Shown piece by piece: positions 12,722 through 26,600 of a stretch of 64,000 nucleotides of DNA. Source of the DNA: Auanema rhodensis. Taxonomy: Eukaryota > Animalia > Nematoda. The translations under genes were made by a program, and so were the position numbers. The notes under the pieces are model-generated. The model was not told the DNA's origin. It was given only the letters and a program-made list of their open reading frames with translations, and did not search any database. The DNA lies in NCBI GenBank assembly GCA_964057225.1, contig OZ059899.1, positions 7,626,001-7,690,000 of the forward strand, read 5' to 3'. Within the stretch, counting starts at the first letter, position 1; each line of letters opens with the position of its first letter.

Positions 12722-13000
12722 AATATACAATAAAGTTTGTTTTATATAAATTTGAAAGAAAACTTGAGAGACAACTAAAGATTAACAACTCCTGAAACAA
12801 TAAATGATTTTTGTCTAAGATAAGGTGAGTCGTTCAAAGAGCTGAATTAACATAAAAAATAAATTAAATAAAGAAATAAATAGTATATAATAATTAAAAT
12901 AATAAAATAATTTAAGTTATAATAGAATAATGTCATATAAACTTTTGGGGAAATAAAAATAACAGAAAACAATGAACTTGTTAGAAACATGTTCAGATCA

Positions 13001-16000
13001 TTAAGCTTCGCAACGAATTCCATCAAAATATACTGACGAACCATCAAATCCAATCATATCTGGTCTTCTGTAATCTATGAGAGAATCCTTGAATAGTTGA
13101 CATTGATTGATTTCGCCTGAAATTAAATTTTTGTAAAAAAAAAGGAAATGGAATTCAATTTTGCAAACCTTGAGAAACTAAGTTTGCTGATCGACAACGT
13201 AAAGCATAACAAGCAGAAAAACAGTCAGAAGCACTGAAATATAAAGTATATGATTACCATATAATTAGTATAATTAACGTTTTAACATAAACAGCTTTAA
13301 GTAAACGTCTTCCTTGGAATGCTGTTTGATACAAAGCACTATATGTACAATGATTGAATGAAGGATAAGCAGCAGTTGTTGTTGTAATGAAAGTTGAAGT
13401 TTCAGGTAAAATCTATAAATATGTATAAGTTATTTAGTTTATATAGTTAATAAATAAACCGTTGATGTTGTTGATGGAATCTCTAATTCTTTAGCTTTAG
13501 CTAATTTCTCAGTGAATTTCTTTGTTTTAACTCCATGAGCCTTCTTTAAAAGATCCATCAATTTTAAATTCTTTTGTGGTAATCTAAATTATAATAAATA
13601 ATAATAATATATATTTTAAAATTATTACTGAATTGAATCATCTAAAATTATGTTTTTATGAACTTTTTCAACAGTTGCAGTAGTCTGAATAGTTGTAGCC
13701 TCTGTTTCAGCTGACTGAAAATAATAAAATTCATAATTATATGTATTATTCAAAAATTAAATATAACAACTAACCATTTCAATTTCCGGTTCATAATCAA
13801 AATCACTTTCTTTTAAGCCTTCTGTTTCGGGAATACGATGGTTGATATACACTTTATTCTAAATTATATTAATTTATATATTCCATGTAATTTGTATTTT
13901 TTTATACAACTTAATATACTAACCTTTTTTAGTATTGGCTTTTTTGTTCGATTTGTTTGATTAATAGTTGTTATGGAAACATCATCAGGTTTTGATTTCG
14001 ACGATGCTTCAGTTGCTATTTTATCTTTCACATTTGGTTTTCTTGTTTCTCCTTTTACTTTTCTGGGTTTGCTCTTTGATGTAGTTTGCACAAGCTCGGT
14101 TGATGTTTTCTCTGTTTTTATCGAATTTGCTGCATTTTTCTTGCTATTTTCAGTTTCCTCTTCCTCGCCATCATCCTTTTCTTCTTCAGATTGTACAGTT
14201 TCATCAGTATCATCAACTTCATCTTCTTTCTTTGATTGAGGTTTGGCTTTGTCGTCGTCATCTTTTTCCTCCTCATCTGATTCTACTTCGTTTTCAGAAC
14301 TCTTCCCTGGCACATCATTAGTTGGATCTTCAAGATTGAGAGGGGTGTCTGTTGCGATACCGGCCTCCTTTGGAGGATGCGATTTCAATTTCTGCTCCTC
14401 TGCTTCATCATCTGTTTCCTGTGTTTGCTGGTGCGCTTTGGAGTCATCAGCAACCTTTACAACAAAATTCTGTAGATTGATTGTTAAGTTGTTGCAAAGA
14501 AAAGCTTTTTCTTACTTCATCTTTCTCTGAACTTAGCTTATCTTCAGTCTTTTCTTTGTTAAGTACAACTTCAGTAAGATTTTCAATTGATTCTTCCCCA
14601 TCGCCAACTTCTGATGAAACTTTCTATAATAAGAAATAATTATTATATACATATAATAATAATAATAAATTATATAATATCTTACTCTTATAGCATTTCT
14701 TGATATTTCTGTTGAAGAATCTATTTTTTCTATTTCTCCTATGTTCTAAAACTAACTACTGTTTTTGAATAAAAATATTAAATTTACTTACACTATCAAA
14801 ATTTATTTTTGGAGCTCTTGTTGTTTCAATAGATATTTCTGATACTGGTTGATCAGTGCTAACACTTTCTTGAGCTTGTGTTGTATATACTTCAGTAGTT
14901 GTTGTAGTTGTTTTATCAACAATTAACTATAAATACATATAAATATATAAATTATTTACAATTAAATTCAAATTTTTAAAAACATTATGAAACTTACAAT
15001 CTCATTTTCAGATTCTCGAATTAATTCATTTCTTAATGCGTCATCAATTTGACATTCCGTTGCAATATATCGTTTTAATTGAGATTCTTAATATTTTAAT
15101 TGAAAAAAAATAAAATATTCTCAAATATATTTACCATCTGTAGCACAGCTTAACTCGAAATAACTTCTTTTCTGAGTACTAGGAACATGATTAAAGCTTT
15201 CAGGATTCGAAAATCTAAAAAAATTATAATTATATATGTATAATATATATAAATACCTATTATATTTACTAAGAAGACATGTCTCACTTTCGAAGTAATA
15301 TTGGAATGATTGGCATGGTTCTCCATATCTTCAAATTTTATATTTGAAATTTGAATTAAGAACTTATAAACCTGTGTTCAGCTTGGGTACACAAGCATTT
15401 ACATTGTTGAATTGAGACACCTGTTTCAATTTGTTGAGCTGTTCCTTCAAGAACATATAAAGGCATCTCTCGATAGCATTTATCGGTATATTCTAAAGAA
15501 ATATTGTTTTAATTGTCTTTAACATTAAATTTTTGTTTTGAACCTCCAGCTTCACGATTAATAGATGATACGGTGGTAGTGACAGGTTTTTCAGCCTTAC
15601 ATCCATATAAATGGTTTGGCTTAACAACTTCAGATGCAGCTTTTTCTAAAAAAAAAAAACAATTGACAAGATATATTATGTATTAATACCTTGATCACAT
15701 GTAATTCCAATATATGTAATATTATATTCATCTATTTGATTATTAAAAATATTTTCATTTGCGTTTCTATGCTCCAAATTCAATACACAATCTCTTTCGT
15801 TATGATAATATGTTGCTGAAGCACATTCGAAGCTATATCTACCTGATTTTCTAAATATAAACAAATATATAAATTTTCTTTAAAGATATATCTTGTAATA
15901 GAATAACTTACAAGCTGTTAGCACAAATACATTGACATTCTTCTAAAGATACATCATGTTCAAGTCCTCCAGCCACATTAGATAACATAAGTCCATCAAT

Positions 16001-18613
16001 AAATTCAAAGCATTTGTCTGAGACTTAAAAAATAAAATATTATAATCTAAATAAATAAATAATATTTTACCTAAAGGTGATGATGTTGATAAAAGTGGTG
16101 GATCAACTTCTGTTGTCGATGTAAGACTTTCTTTTTCATTTTTTATATTTGTTTTCTTTTCAATTTCATTAATAATAGAATTTGATTCAACGTTCTTCTT
16201 TTCATTTTCTTTATCTTCTTCTCTTAATTCTTCTCCAGAAGCTTCTATTAAATCATTAGATGTTGTAGATGTAGTAGTTGAAAGAGAATTTTCAGTTGTT
16301 GGTGTTGTTGTCGTTGTACTAACAGTAGTACTGCTTACAGTAGTTGTTGTAGTTTCAGTTGCATCTACAACCGTTGTTGAAGGAAGTTCAGCTGGTGTCG
16401 TTGTTCGTATTTCTGGTACTTCCTCATTTACTTTTTTAGTTGTTGATGTAACTTCTATTTTGCTTACTGTAGTTTTCAAATTAACCTTATTCTCATCTAT
16501 AAATATTAATTATAATGATAAATAAAATATATTTTCAATATGTTTACCCTTGATTAATTTTCCTGTGATTGGATCAAAAGGAGATCGCTCAAGAACTGGA
16601 AGTGTAAATGTTTCCTTAGTTGGTCGAGATGTAGTGGATGATTCGGTTTTTAATGAAGCAATTGATTCAGTTTTAACACAAAGCTTTTCAGCAATATCCA
16701 GAAGAACTAGAAGTTGATATAATTTATTTTAAAAATTAAATATATGATTGTATACCTTGTTCATCACAATCAACATATTGATATGTTGAATATTTATCCT
16801 TAATCAAATCATATTTTCCCAAATGATTACCCTTAAAATAATTAAATTATATTAAAATATATAAATATAATATATATATTAAAAGAAAAAATTATTATAT
16901 TATACCTTATTTAGGACACATACACCATTTGTGTACCATTGAAATGATTGACAAATGTGAAGTTTACCAGAATTATATGTTGCAGCACATAAACATCTAA
17001 ATCCAATTTAAATTTATAAGATATTATTAAAGAAAAAAAGAAATCTCATCTTATGTATATTAAAAGAATTATTTGTATAATTTACCTGCATTCTTGAATA
17101 CTTTTATGATCATGTCTCTCAAATGCACTTCCTAATAAATATTTCTGAGGAATTTCACGATAACATATCTTAGAACCACCTATAAATATAAATAATGAAA
17201 TATATAATAATAGAAAATATCTTAATTGTTGAAGATAGGTCAAGCAAATATCAGAAAAGGAAGTTATTCAAAAGATTTGTATGAATGATGTTCCATTACA
17301 TAAAATTTCAAATAAAAAAAAAACTTCTTTTCGTCTGTATTTCAACACTTTTTTTAAAAAATTAACTATCCATGAATTTTGACCAATTTAAAGTTTCCTT
17401 TTCATTGATGAAGTACAAATTTTTTTCAAATTGTTCCTTATTGAACTTTTTTTGTAATTCAACCGAAACAAACCATGCATGAAACGACTTATAACTTCAT
17501 CATGAGCAGCTAAAACTCCAGTTATATTCTCAATAATAAGACGATTGACGTAACCATCTTCTTGTGTATCAGCAATATTTCCATCTAAATAAAATAATTA
17601 ATAAATAAATTTATATTATTTGATACTTACGATCACGAGCACGGGCTAATTTAGCATAATCTACAGATGTTGATAAATCTATTGGGGTACCAGTTATAAG
17701 TTCAACACGTTTTAAAGTTTGTGGTAACTTATTAAATGGTTCAGCAGTCAGAATTTGTGGTGCAGATTCAGGAAGAGAATCTGAATTTAGAAAAAAATAA
17801 TGTCATAATTGAATAAATTATTGATATATTTACTTTTGGTTTTTTCATTACATTTCTCAATACATGCAATCTGTATCAAATGGCTTTTAGCTTCATCTAC
17901 AGGAAAATCTTTGAATCGTGAAGGATTATACCTAAAATAATAATATAGTTAATTAAAGATATTATAGAATATTATATATTTATAATTATAATATATTTGG
18001 ATAATTTTTCTTCTTTTCTTTTCAAACTTTTTCTTAGAAATTTCAAGTGCATTAAATGGTCACAAATCAACACATTGAACTTTTATATTTCAATAAGATC
18101 AGAATCGGTTAAAGATAATCTTCAGAGGACAAGGACATTTATTTATAAGAAATTTTGATGGATTAATACTCATATAGTAGTATATAGTTCAAAATATAAA
18201 ATCATTTTAAAGTTTATAATCTTTTTTTTTCTTTTTTTTTCTTATATTAATATTTTACCTGCAATTCAATGTGTATTCATAAGAAATAGCACAAGTCTTT
18301 GTAAATGCATTATACACAGCTGTGCGACAGAAATGGCGATCAGCACAGAATTCAGCACATGCTGTTACTGTTGGCATATTTATTCTTTAAAATAATATAT
18401 TTAAGTTTAATTATAACATATATGTATATTATTACCCTGTATAATAGAAATCAATATTCATTGCTTTATCATATATAACCGATTGAGCAAAATATTCTCG
18501 AATACATATTCCTGAAACAAAATTTTAAACTGTTTTTCTAAATTACATTCGAAAATCAAACCTTTTACATATGCCACACAGGCTAGCAAGATGAAAAGCT
18601 TGTGAGGCCTCAT
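13001..18613 (-). CDS. Secreted mucin-like protein with about five PAN/apple domains
   Basis: Signal peptide MRPHKLFILLACVAYVKG. PAN cysteine patterns at ~18260-18390 (CAEFCADRHFCRTAVY), ~16680-17180, ~15680-16020 (CASATYYHNERDCVLN), ~15140-15490 and 13001-13350 (DCFSACYALRCRSAN...YFDGIRCEA*). These are separated by Thr/Ser-rich and Glu/Lys-rich spacers (ORFs 15943-16479 and 13864-14388). No ZP or TM segment was seen. Confidence 0.85.
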
Positions 18614-21600
18614 ACGGGGCCACCGGAGATTAACTGATCTAAAGCAAATCATCATCATTATCGACATTTCATTTCTCTAATTGGAGCAAAAATAAAATTC
18701 AAAAAAACTAATTAAAGTAGTTGTTATAGTTGTTATGACATAGTTTAGAAAGCAATAAAGAAAACAAGAGAAAAGATGAGGACCACCTAGATCTTACCAG
18801 CAATTATACTGGTTTAACCCGAAGAACTTTAGAGAGTGAAGAGATTTAGTTAAAAGCGATTGTCATACAAATTACATGATTCAAAAGGAACTCAAGTGAA
18901 AGTTAGTCAACTAAATAAACTATTTTAATATAAAAAAATAAAGTTAAGCAAATCAAAGAAACACAAGAACATTTATCCAAAAATATGAAGAAATAATGAA
19001 ATATATTTAATTATTTAATAAAACTTAAAATAAAATCAATATTATTTATATAATTTTAAAAATTGATCACTTAGAAGTGTCATTTCTGAAAACTTTATAA
19101 TGCTACTTCACTCTTGACAGATTTATGAATACACATCTTTATTCGCGAACTATCAGTCACTTTCATTCGTTTTTTTTTTTGGGTGATCGGGGTTTGAAGA
19201 AAATTGGAAAGTTGCTAGATTGGTAGCATGTTCTCTATATGGTGATTCTTTCCCTAAGGCGTATTTCTGTCAATGTGATCACTGGAGAAAGGACTTTCTC
19301 GTCGACCATAAGGGTAAGTATGCGAGAATGATGAAAACATAGACGGCGAACATCCGTAGGTAGCAGACAGAACAATCAGATGTATAGAAGAAGCAAGATA
19401 GAGACCAAGCAGATCCATTGAAGAAAGAGAGAAAGAGAGAAAAGCTTGAAATAAGATTGGATGGGTGAAACAAGGAGAACTGGATAGTAGTGAATGAAAC
19501 AAGAAGAAAACGAACAGTTACATACAGGAAAGAGATATCGAGAAAGGATGTTCAATCAGAGAAAAAAAAACAAAAAAGTTATTTAAACAGTTAAGAAACT
19601 GTTTATTAAAAAGAGAAATTATAATCAATTCAAAGACCATAATAATAAAAAAATAAATTACATTGACTTGTTTTAATTAAAATTAATTTTTTTTATTTCA
19701 AAATAATTCAATTAGCTTCTTTTATTTTGAGAAAATTAAATTTTGATATTTAAATAGATTATTCTTGTATATATTTATATGTAACTAGATATTTAAAAAA
19801 CTAGATAAGAAGTTTATGAAATTCTTGAAGAAGTGAGTCATTGAACTTTCAAGATTCGATAAATAAATCAAGTTAATAAAGATATTTGAAAAACGTTTTA
19901 AGGGGATAAGTTGCAGAAAATGAAAAACGAAAAAATCGGAAACGTTACAAAATCGAGAATTTCCTCATAAAACTTTATTATAAAGATTGTATAACATGTG
20001 AATTTTGAGTTAACTAATGTAATAAAAAGTTTTATTAGAATCAATTTAACCTAATTAACAATTAATTTTAAAAAATTATTTAATATAATGAATAAAGTAA
20101 ATAATTTTGAAAAGTAAAGTTGAAAATCATGAATTGATGATGAAAAGGAAATAAATCTTGAAGACGATAAATTCTCTTATGTTTTTTCTTATTTTATGAA
20201 TGAAAAACGTAAAAAAACGTGCCGGAATATAAGTAGGAAGGTTAGAAGTAGGAGGATAATTGCGATCGGCGATCGTCTCTTCCTTGTATGTACCTTTTCT
20301 CATCTAACGAAAGACATTGTGGATAGAGTCTTCAGTCACTTACTCACTCATATACACATATATGGACAATCTCTGAATCGTCTTACTTCGAACTCTATCG
20401 TGCTATCGTGAACGTCAGGAAAGCAGATATAGCGACGTCATAAAATAAAAATGAAAACTAAATGGACCAAGAATAGGGGACAAGGAACGATGGGTGATGA
20501 GGTTAACCATCCTCTTGTATGTATTTCCTCCCAACATATTTGGCTTCATAAAAGCAGAATTAAGTTTCAGCAAAGTTGTAGAAGAAACATATGAAAAGAA
20601 CAATGTTACTGTCAAGTAGATTTTTGAATCTATTCATTAAAAAAATAATAATTGAACTAAATTTTGAATGCAGATTGATGTAATAAACTTGAAAATTTAA
20701 ATCTTTAACACTTTTAGCCTTAAATAACTTCGAAAAAACTTTAAACTATACAGTGAAACATCTGAACAAGTTCATTTGGCTCAGAAAATTTAAGGAGTTT
20801 GAATAGGAAAGCAGAGAATGAACTAGCTTTGCCTTATGTAGAGGAAGAAACATGTGAATGATCATAGACTGCCGGGAAGATAAGCCAAGATTCAGAATGA
20901 CCGTCCGTGTAGTTGTCTGACGGCAACAACTGGATACACTGACGACGATAACGACAACACTTGTCCTCTGTTTCCCGCCTGTCAGCCATGTCTAACATTA
21001 CGAAAAGGATGAACAGATGATGACGAAAAAGAGAAAATTTAGCCATTTGCATAATGTAATTAATTACGTGATAAACAGGAAATATCAGAAGAAAAAGATA
21101 ATCAAGATTTTATTAACAAAGGATAATAAGAAAACAACAGAGAATATCAATTTTTCGAAATAATGATTATGTTTAATTTAATGATAAAATGAAGAAAATG
21201 AGTTAAAACTTGATGTTAAAGATGATATGGTAATGAAAATAAAGATAAACAAACTTATTATCATCATCCTAATGATTTCATATCATAATTCGTTAATTTT
21301 CTATATGTACATATGTATTAGTGTTAAAAGAATATTCTGAATTGTCCTTTCACACAGTACATACACACAAATCGAAACTTTCATTTATGGAGTTTTAACC
21401 ACGCCCCCCCCCCTTTCTTTCAATCCCCCACCTTGTTCTCCTAAATCTTTAAATAAATTTAAAAGAAAAAAAAGATTTTTTTTATTAAAAATAAAATATA
21501 AATCATTGAAAGTTTTATAAAAAAAATAAATTTAATTAAGTTTTAACAATATTATGAAGATGTGTATGTATATGTATCTATAAAACATAATTGTTTATCC

Positions 21601-23661
21601 GATACAAATATAATTGTAATCAAATAAACATAATAAACGTTCAAAAAAGTTTTATTTGGTGGGTCAGCTTGAGAGCTGGAAAGCATATACGGATATAGAA
21701 AAGCTTTGGGGTTAGATTCAACTGCTTTTATCTAAAAGCAGAACGAGACTTTTCGCGGTCAAACGCAGCTGGTTATCAACAAGCCATTAGCTGGCCATCA
21801 CTTGGTCATCCACTGATGTTTAGGTGATAAAGACAGCCAAAAATGAAGAAAATCAAAGTTGCTATGAATTGTAGTTGATGAAAAGAGAAAAAGATATGAG
21901 AAGCTAAAAGAGAGACAAGATGAAAAGACAAAGAATGACGAGAAAGATTGACGTCGATTTCGAAAGCTTGATCACCTGTAGACTCGTGAAACAATCAGGC
22001 TCAAGCGGGAAAACGAGGAGAGCGATGACGAGAAAAGCATCTGGATCTGATTAACCGTCCTGTTTCAAGCAGGTTATGATGCAAAGATGCTTAGATGATT
22101 AAAGTTTTAGAAAATTTAAAGCAGAATTTAAATTTTTGTAATGGAAGTAAGTCATGTAAATGATTAATTAGAGGTATATGTACAAGAATTGGAATACTAT
22201 ATTACAGGATGAATGTTGTTATTGTTTTTTCAAAAAAAAACAACAAATGTATAAAGAAATAAAGATTTATGAATGGTAAGGAAGATGTACAATATATGTA
22301 TACTATGTAAGCCAAGGTCATATATGTAGATGAGTTCCCATATATTGAAATATTAAATCTTAAAGCTGTTAACATTCTAAATTTTATAAAAAGTATAATC
22401 AAACAAAACTAATTTTTAAAATAAATTTTAAATTTTAAATAAGAACAGCAATTCATGTGTCACTTTCACCATGCTACAAAGGAAATATTATGAATCTGCT
22501 ATACTTTCATTTGAAATTTACTGTTTGACCACAATCGAATACTTTCCTCTTTAACATTCTTTCGTTACATCATCTCTTTCACTCTGTTTCTCTTATTCTT
22601 AAACTATCACTCAGTATTACTCTATTCGTCTTGTCCTTCTAAGCGATTTGGCAGCCGATGATCGTCTAGATGACTATCCAACGACGCCAATAAAAGGTAT
22701 AAATACACAAATTAATATGTACACATAAGAGATAGATACATACATATTCATAGAATGTTTGTATACTATGAGGATAAGAATATGTGATTTCATAAGATTT
22801 TCATACTTCAACTTTAAAAGTTTTACCGGCAACCTTTCTCTCTATTTCTCTTTCTCCCTCTCTCCCTCTTTGTCTCTATATATGTCTCCGGATCTGTATA
22901 TCTTTCAATCTTTTTCTATATCTCATTGTAACTGTTACTCTTTAAAATTTCCATTTAAATGTAAATTCCAATAAAAAAAGCCATTTAGGCCTGTAACTAA
23001 ATCAAGCGTTATGATAGATAATTCATCAGAAATAACATTAAAAATGGAAAAAAATGAATTTGCAAAAGGAAATGATGAAGAGAGTTTCGGAAATCATTTT
23101 AGATGTTAAGAAAATTCTAGATATATGTATATGTATCTATGTCAATTTATTTATAAATGAATGATGTTGAATGACTACATAGGATGATTCACAGACGATA
23201 AATCGTATAATCGTTTTAATATAGCCTCCGGCTGTTTATGCCTTTAAAGTATGTGCGTATATAGTAAAAGCAAAAATGGGATTTTTAATATTTGTTTATA
23301 TGAAGTAATGTGTTTTCTAATTTGTTTGCTTGCCTTGACCCAAAAGGACGCTTCTCAATCACGATGCAACTATGTATGACTGAATGGATGTATATCTAAG
23401 GAATACATAAATTACTTGACAGAATAGTTATAAAAACTATAAGATATATGAATGATTTAATTCAAAAACTATGTACAAAATTAATTATACTCATTTTTTA
23501 AAACTTATTCATCATATATTACTATATGTATTCTAAATTTTCTTTATATTGTATCTTCTTGAATATCTTTTTTAAAAATATTTATATAAGAAAATAGTTG
23601 TTTACATCACCAATATGAATAATGAAATTTCATGATAATTATGGAGAAATGTTCTTCAATT

Positions 23662-26600
23662 TCAGCGTCTTTTCACTTGGGGAGGTTCTAAATTACAGCT
23701 TCCTCCTTCGCAACAATCCATCCACATGTTCAACTTGATTTCAGGAATTGCCTCACATTTCTCGAAATAATTTGTTGTATTACCATAATAACGGAAGACA
23801 TTTCTCTGTAATATTGAAGAAATCAATTATTAATTTTCATTACAATTACATACCGGAACTCGATCGATATCATCTCCATTGTCACAAAGTAATCGAGATA
23901 ATGAAGCTTTTTTGATTTGTTGAAGTTGCTCCTTTGTAAAGACACCGTCATTTTCATACCTAAAAAGTCGAATTAAAGTCAAACACTCAATGCTTTATGC
24001 TAATTTTACCAGAATCGATCACCATCACGTAAACGACGGAATTGATCACCAATGATACAGGCGAATGTTGGACCCATTAAAGCATCAGGAAGCCTTTTTT
24101 CCAATACACCACCGACCCAGAGGTCAATATTAGCTGTAAATTTAAAAAAAAACTTCAATTGAATTTTAAATGTTTAAGTAACGTGACAAATACTTTTTTT
24201 TTTAAATCATGAAAATGTTATTAGATGTTGAACATATCTATTATGTTTACAGGGACCAATAACTTACCAGGATGACCATAAAGATTCTTCAATTTGTCTC
24301 GTACATTACTATCCACAACTACTTTCGAAAGTTCTTCCCATGTATTAGGTGTTGATAAGTTGCACCAGCGTCTATATTCAATATATCTAAAAAGAAATTA
24401 ATTATATATAATATTAATAATATCATATTTTTATTTATTTTTTCAAAAATATTGAACTAGATATACCCTGGAAGTGCGTGATCTCTTCCTCTCTGGATAT
24501 TAATAGCTACAAGATCTTGAGCAACCTAAATGTTAAAATATTATAAATATATTTTTTATTTTTATATTTATACTTCATGATATCGTTCGAATAATCTTTC
24601 AGTTAATTCAGAATTGACTGGTTGATCAGAACGTGGAAGTTTCAAAGGAGCAGCAAATAATCCACGAAGTAGAGGATCTATTCCTCCTTCAGACAATATA
24701 CGTTCAGGCTCAAAGAATGCCTTATGAAGCATTATATGTCCTTCCTTGATTTCCGTAAAGTTTTTGTCATAACGGAATAGCATAGGATTTACAATAGTAT
24801 GTCCAAATCTGTAAAAAATAAATTATATATATTATGATATTAAACGAAAACACCTGAAAGCAGCAGTAGCAAATGCATTAGCTATTGATGGATCAACATT
24901 AGGATTGTATCCACTATATTCTCCCAAATATTCATTATAAGCTGTCTATAATTTATTTTTTTTTGTTTTTTCAAATTAAATTAAGTTTGAACATACTCTT
25001 CCTAATGCAAGAGGAAGCCAATGTTCATAAGTTATATGTTGCATTATACCAATTACAATCTTTCTTGCTTCTAAATTAAAATATTTATATTAAATATATA
25101 ATATATGTTTATATATTAAGAAATGATATACCTTGGAAAATAGTTTCACCATCCCAATTAACATTGAGTTGTAATAGTTTAGAAGCTACACGGTTATGTT
25201 CTCTCATAAACAACGTATGCATCGCAGTAAGTCCTAACTATAATCAAATAAATTATCTATTAATTAATATTTTAAATACAAACCTGTTCATTAGCACGAA
25301 CATCACCAGCTAAGAAACATCTCATTGGATTTTCCATAGAAAAGTTTCGTCGACAATCCATATCAGAATCTTTTTCAAATGGAAGGTATGGCTTTCGTGC
25401 CCTAAAAGAAAACTTTATTTTCTGTTTAATAGTTTTGTTAGATTACTTGGAAACAATATCAAAGCGAAGTAAACCATGATCACCATAAAGATCTCGAAGT
25501 TCTAAAGCTTGAACTTCTGAACTTCCATAAATACCAGATCCATCCAGCCAAGATGTGAGCTTAAAACAGAAATATATATATGTTATTTAAAATAATTTAT
25601 GGCATACTGTATTCATTTGATCTCTATATGTTACTCTTTGGAAAATTAATGATGTTTCACCACTACCACATACAGCTCCATTTCTTTCAAATTCAATACA
25701 TGGATATTTGATATTTCTTTAATATAACTTATTATTTAAAATAATTGATATGTTATAAACCTTCCAGTTTGAAGTTTTGGATCATTTGGTGATAATTGAA
25801 TATTAAAACATGGATCAATGTTTTCACAAGTTCTATTACATATAGCTCCACTAGAATAACTTTGTCTAGCTAATGCAATAGCAGTAAATGTTAGATCATG
25901 ATCTAAAGAATAAATTAAATAATATTTTATATTAAATAATATATATTATATTATAAATATAAATTACCTGTCCATTGTCCCCATTGAAATACAAAAGCTG
26001 ATAAATGGGAATGAGGTGTTATATCCTTGGTAGAAATGACTGTTCGTGAAACCTAAAGCCAACAGATTGTTCTTAAAATATTTCGAATTGTATTTGATAC
26101 GTCTCTAGCATTTGGCATTGGAAATCCGTTGTATAAGCGTCCCTTCTCCCAACCAACTGGTGTGTTGAATCCATTTTCATAAATGGGAGGAAGATGACGT
26201 AATAATGGCATAGAAGACGCTCCCCAAGCTTGATGCTCGAAGTTGTTACATTGTCCATCGTATGTTCTGAATTAGTTTAATAAGCTAGTTTAGTATAAGA
26301 ACATGTATGTTTTTAATACCTATATTTTCTATGGTAACACATATCAGTACAATGATCTTTCAGAACTTGTCCTGTTTGGCAACCGGAAAGTTCCATCAAT
26401 GTTTGAATATAAGATACAGGTAATATAGCTTCATATGATACATTAGGAGCTAATTGATCAACAGGAAGATTCAACCCTAAACAAGAAATGTTTTAAATTT
26501 ATTGTTTAAACTCTATGTCAACCTTTGTTTACATGTTCATAGATAAGACGAAGACTTTCCTCATATACTTCACGTGCTTTAGCCAATTCTAAAGACTATA

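Noticed and set aside
13973-14530. Three + strand ORFs (Ser/Phe-rich)
   Set aside because: They are antisense shadows of the Glu/Lys-rich exons of the PAN protein.
18811-18832. GGTTTAACCC resembling a spliced-leader (SL2) exon
   Set aside because: The match stops after ~10 nt, and there is no GT donor at +23 and no Sm site.
19200-23400. Several GC-richer islands and short ORFs between the PAN gene and peroxidasin
   Set aside because: No consistent splice-bounded reading frame or recognisable RNA; most likely enhancer sequence, which cannot be supported further without alignments.
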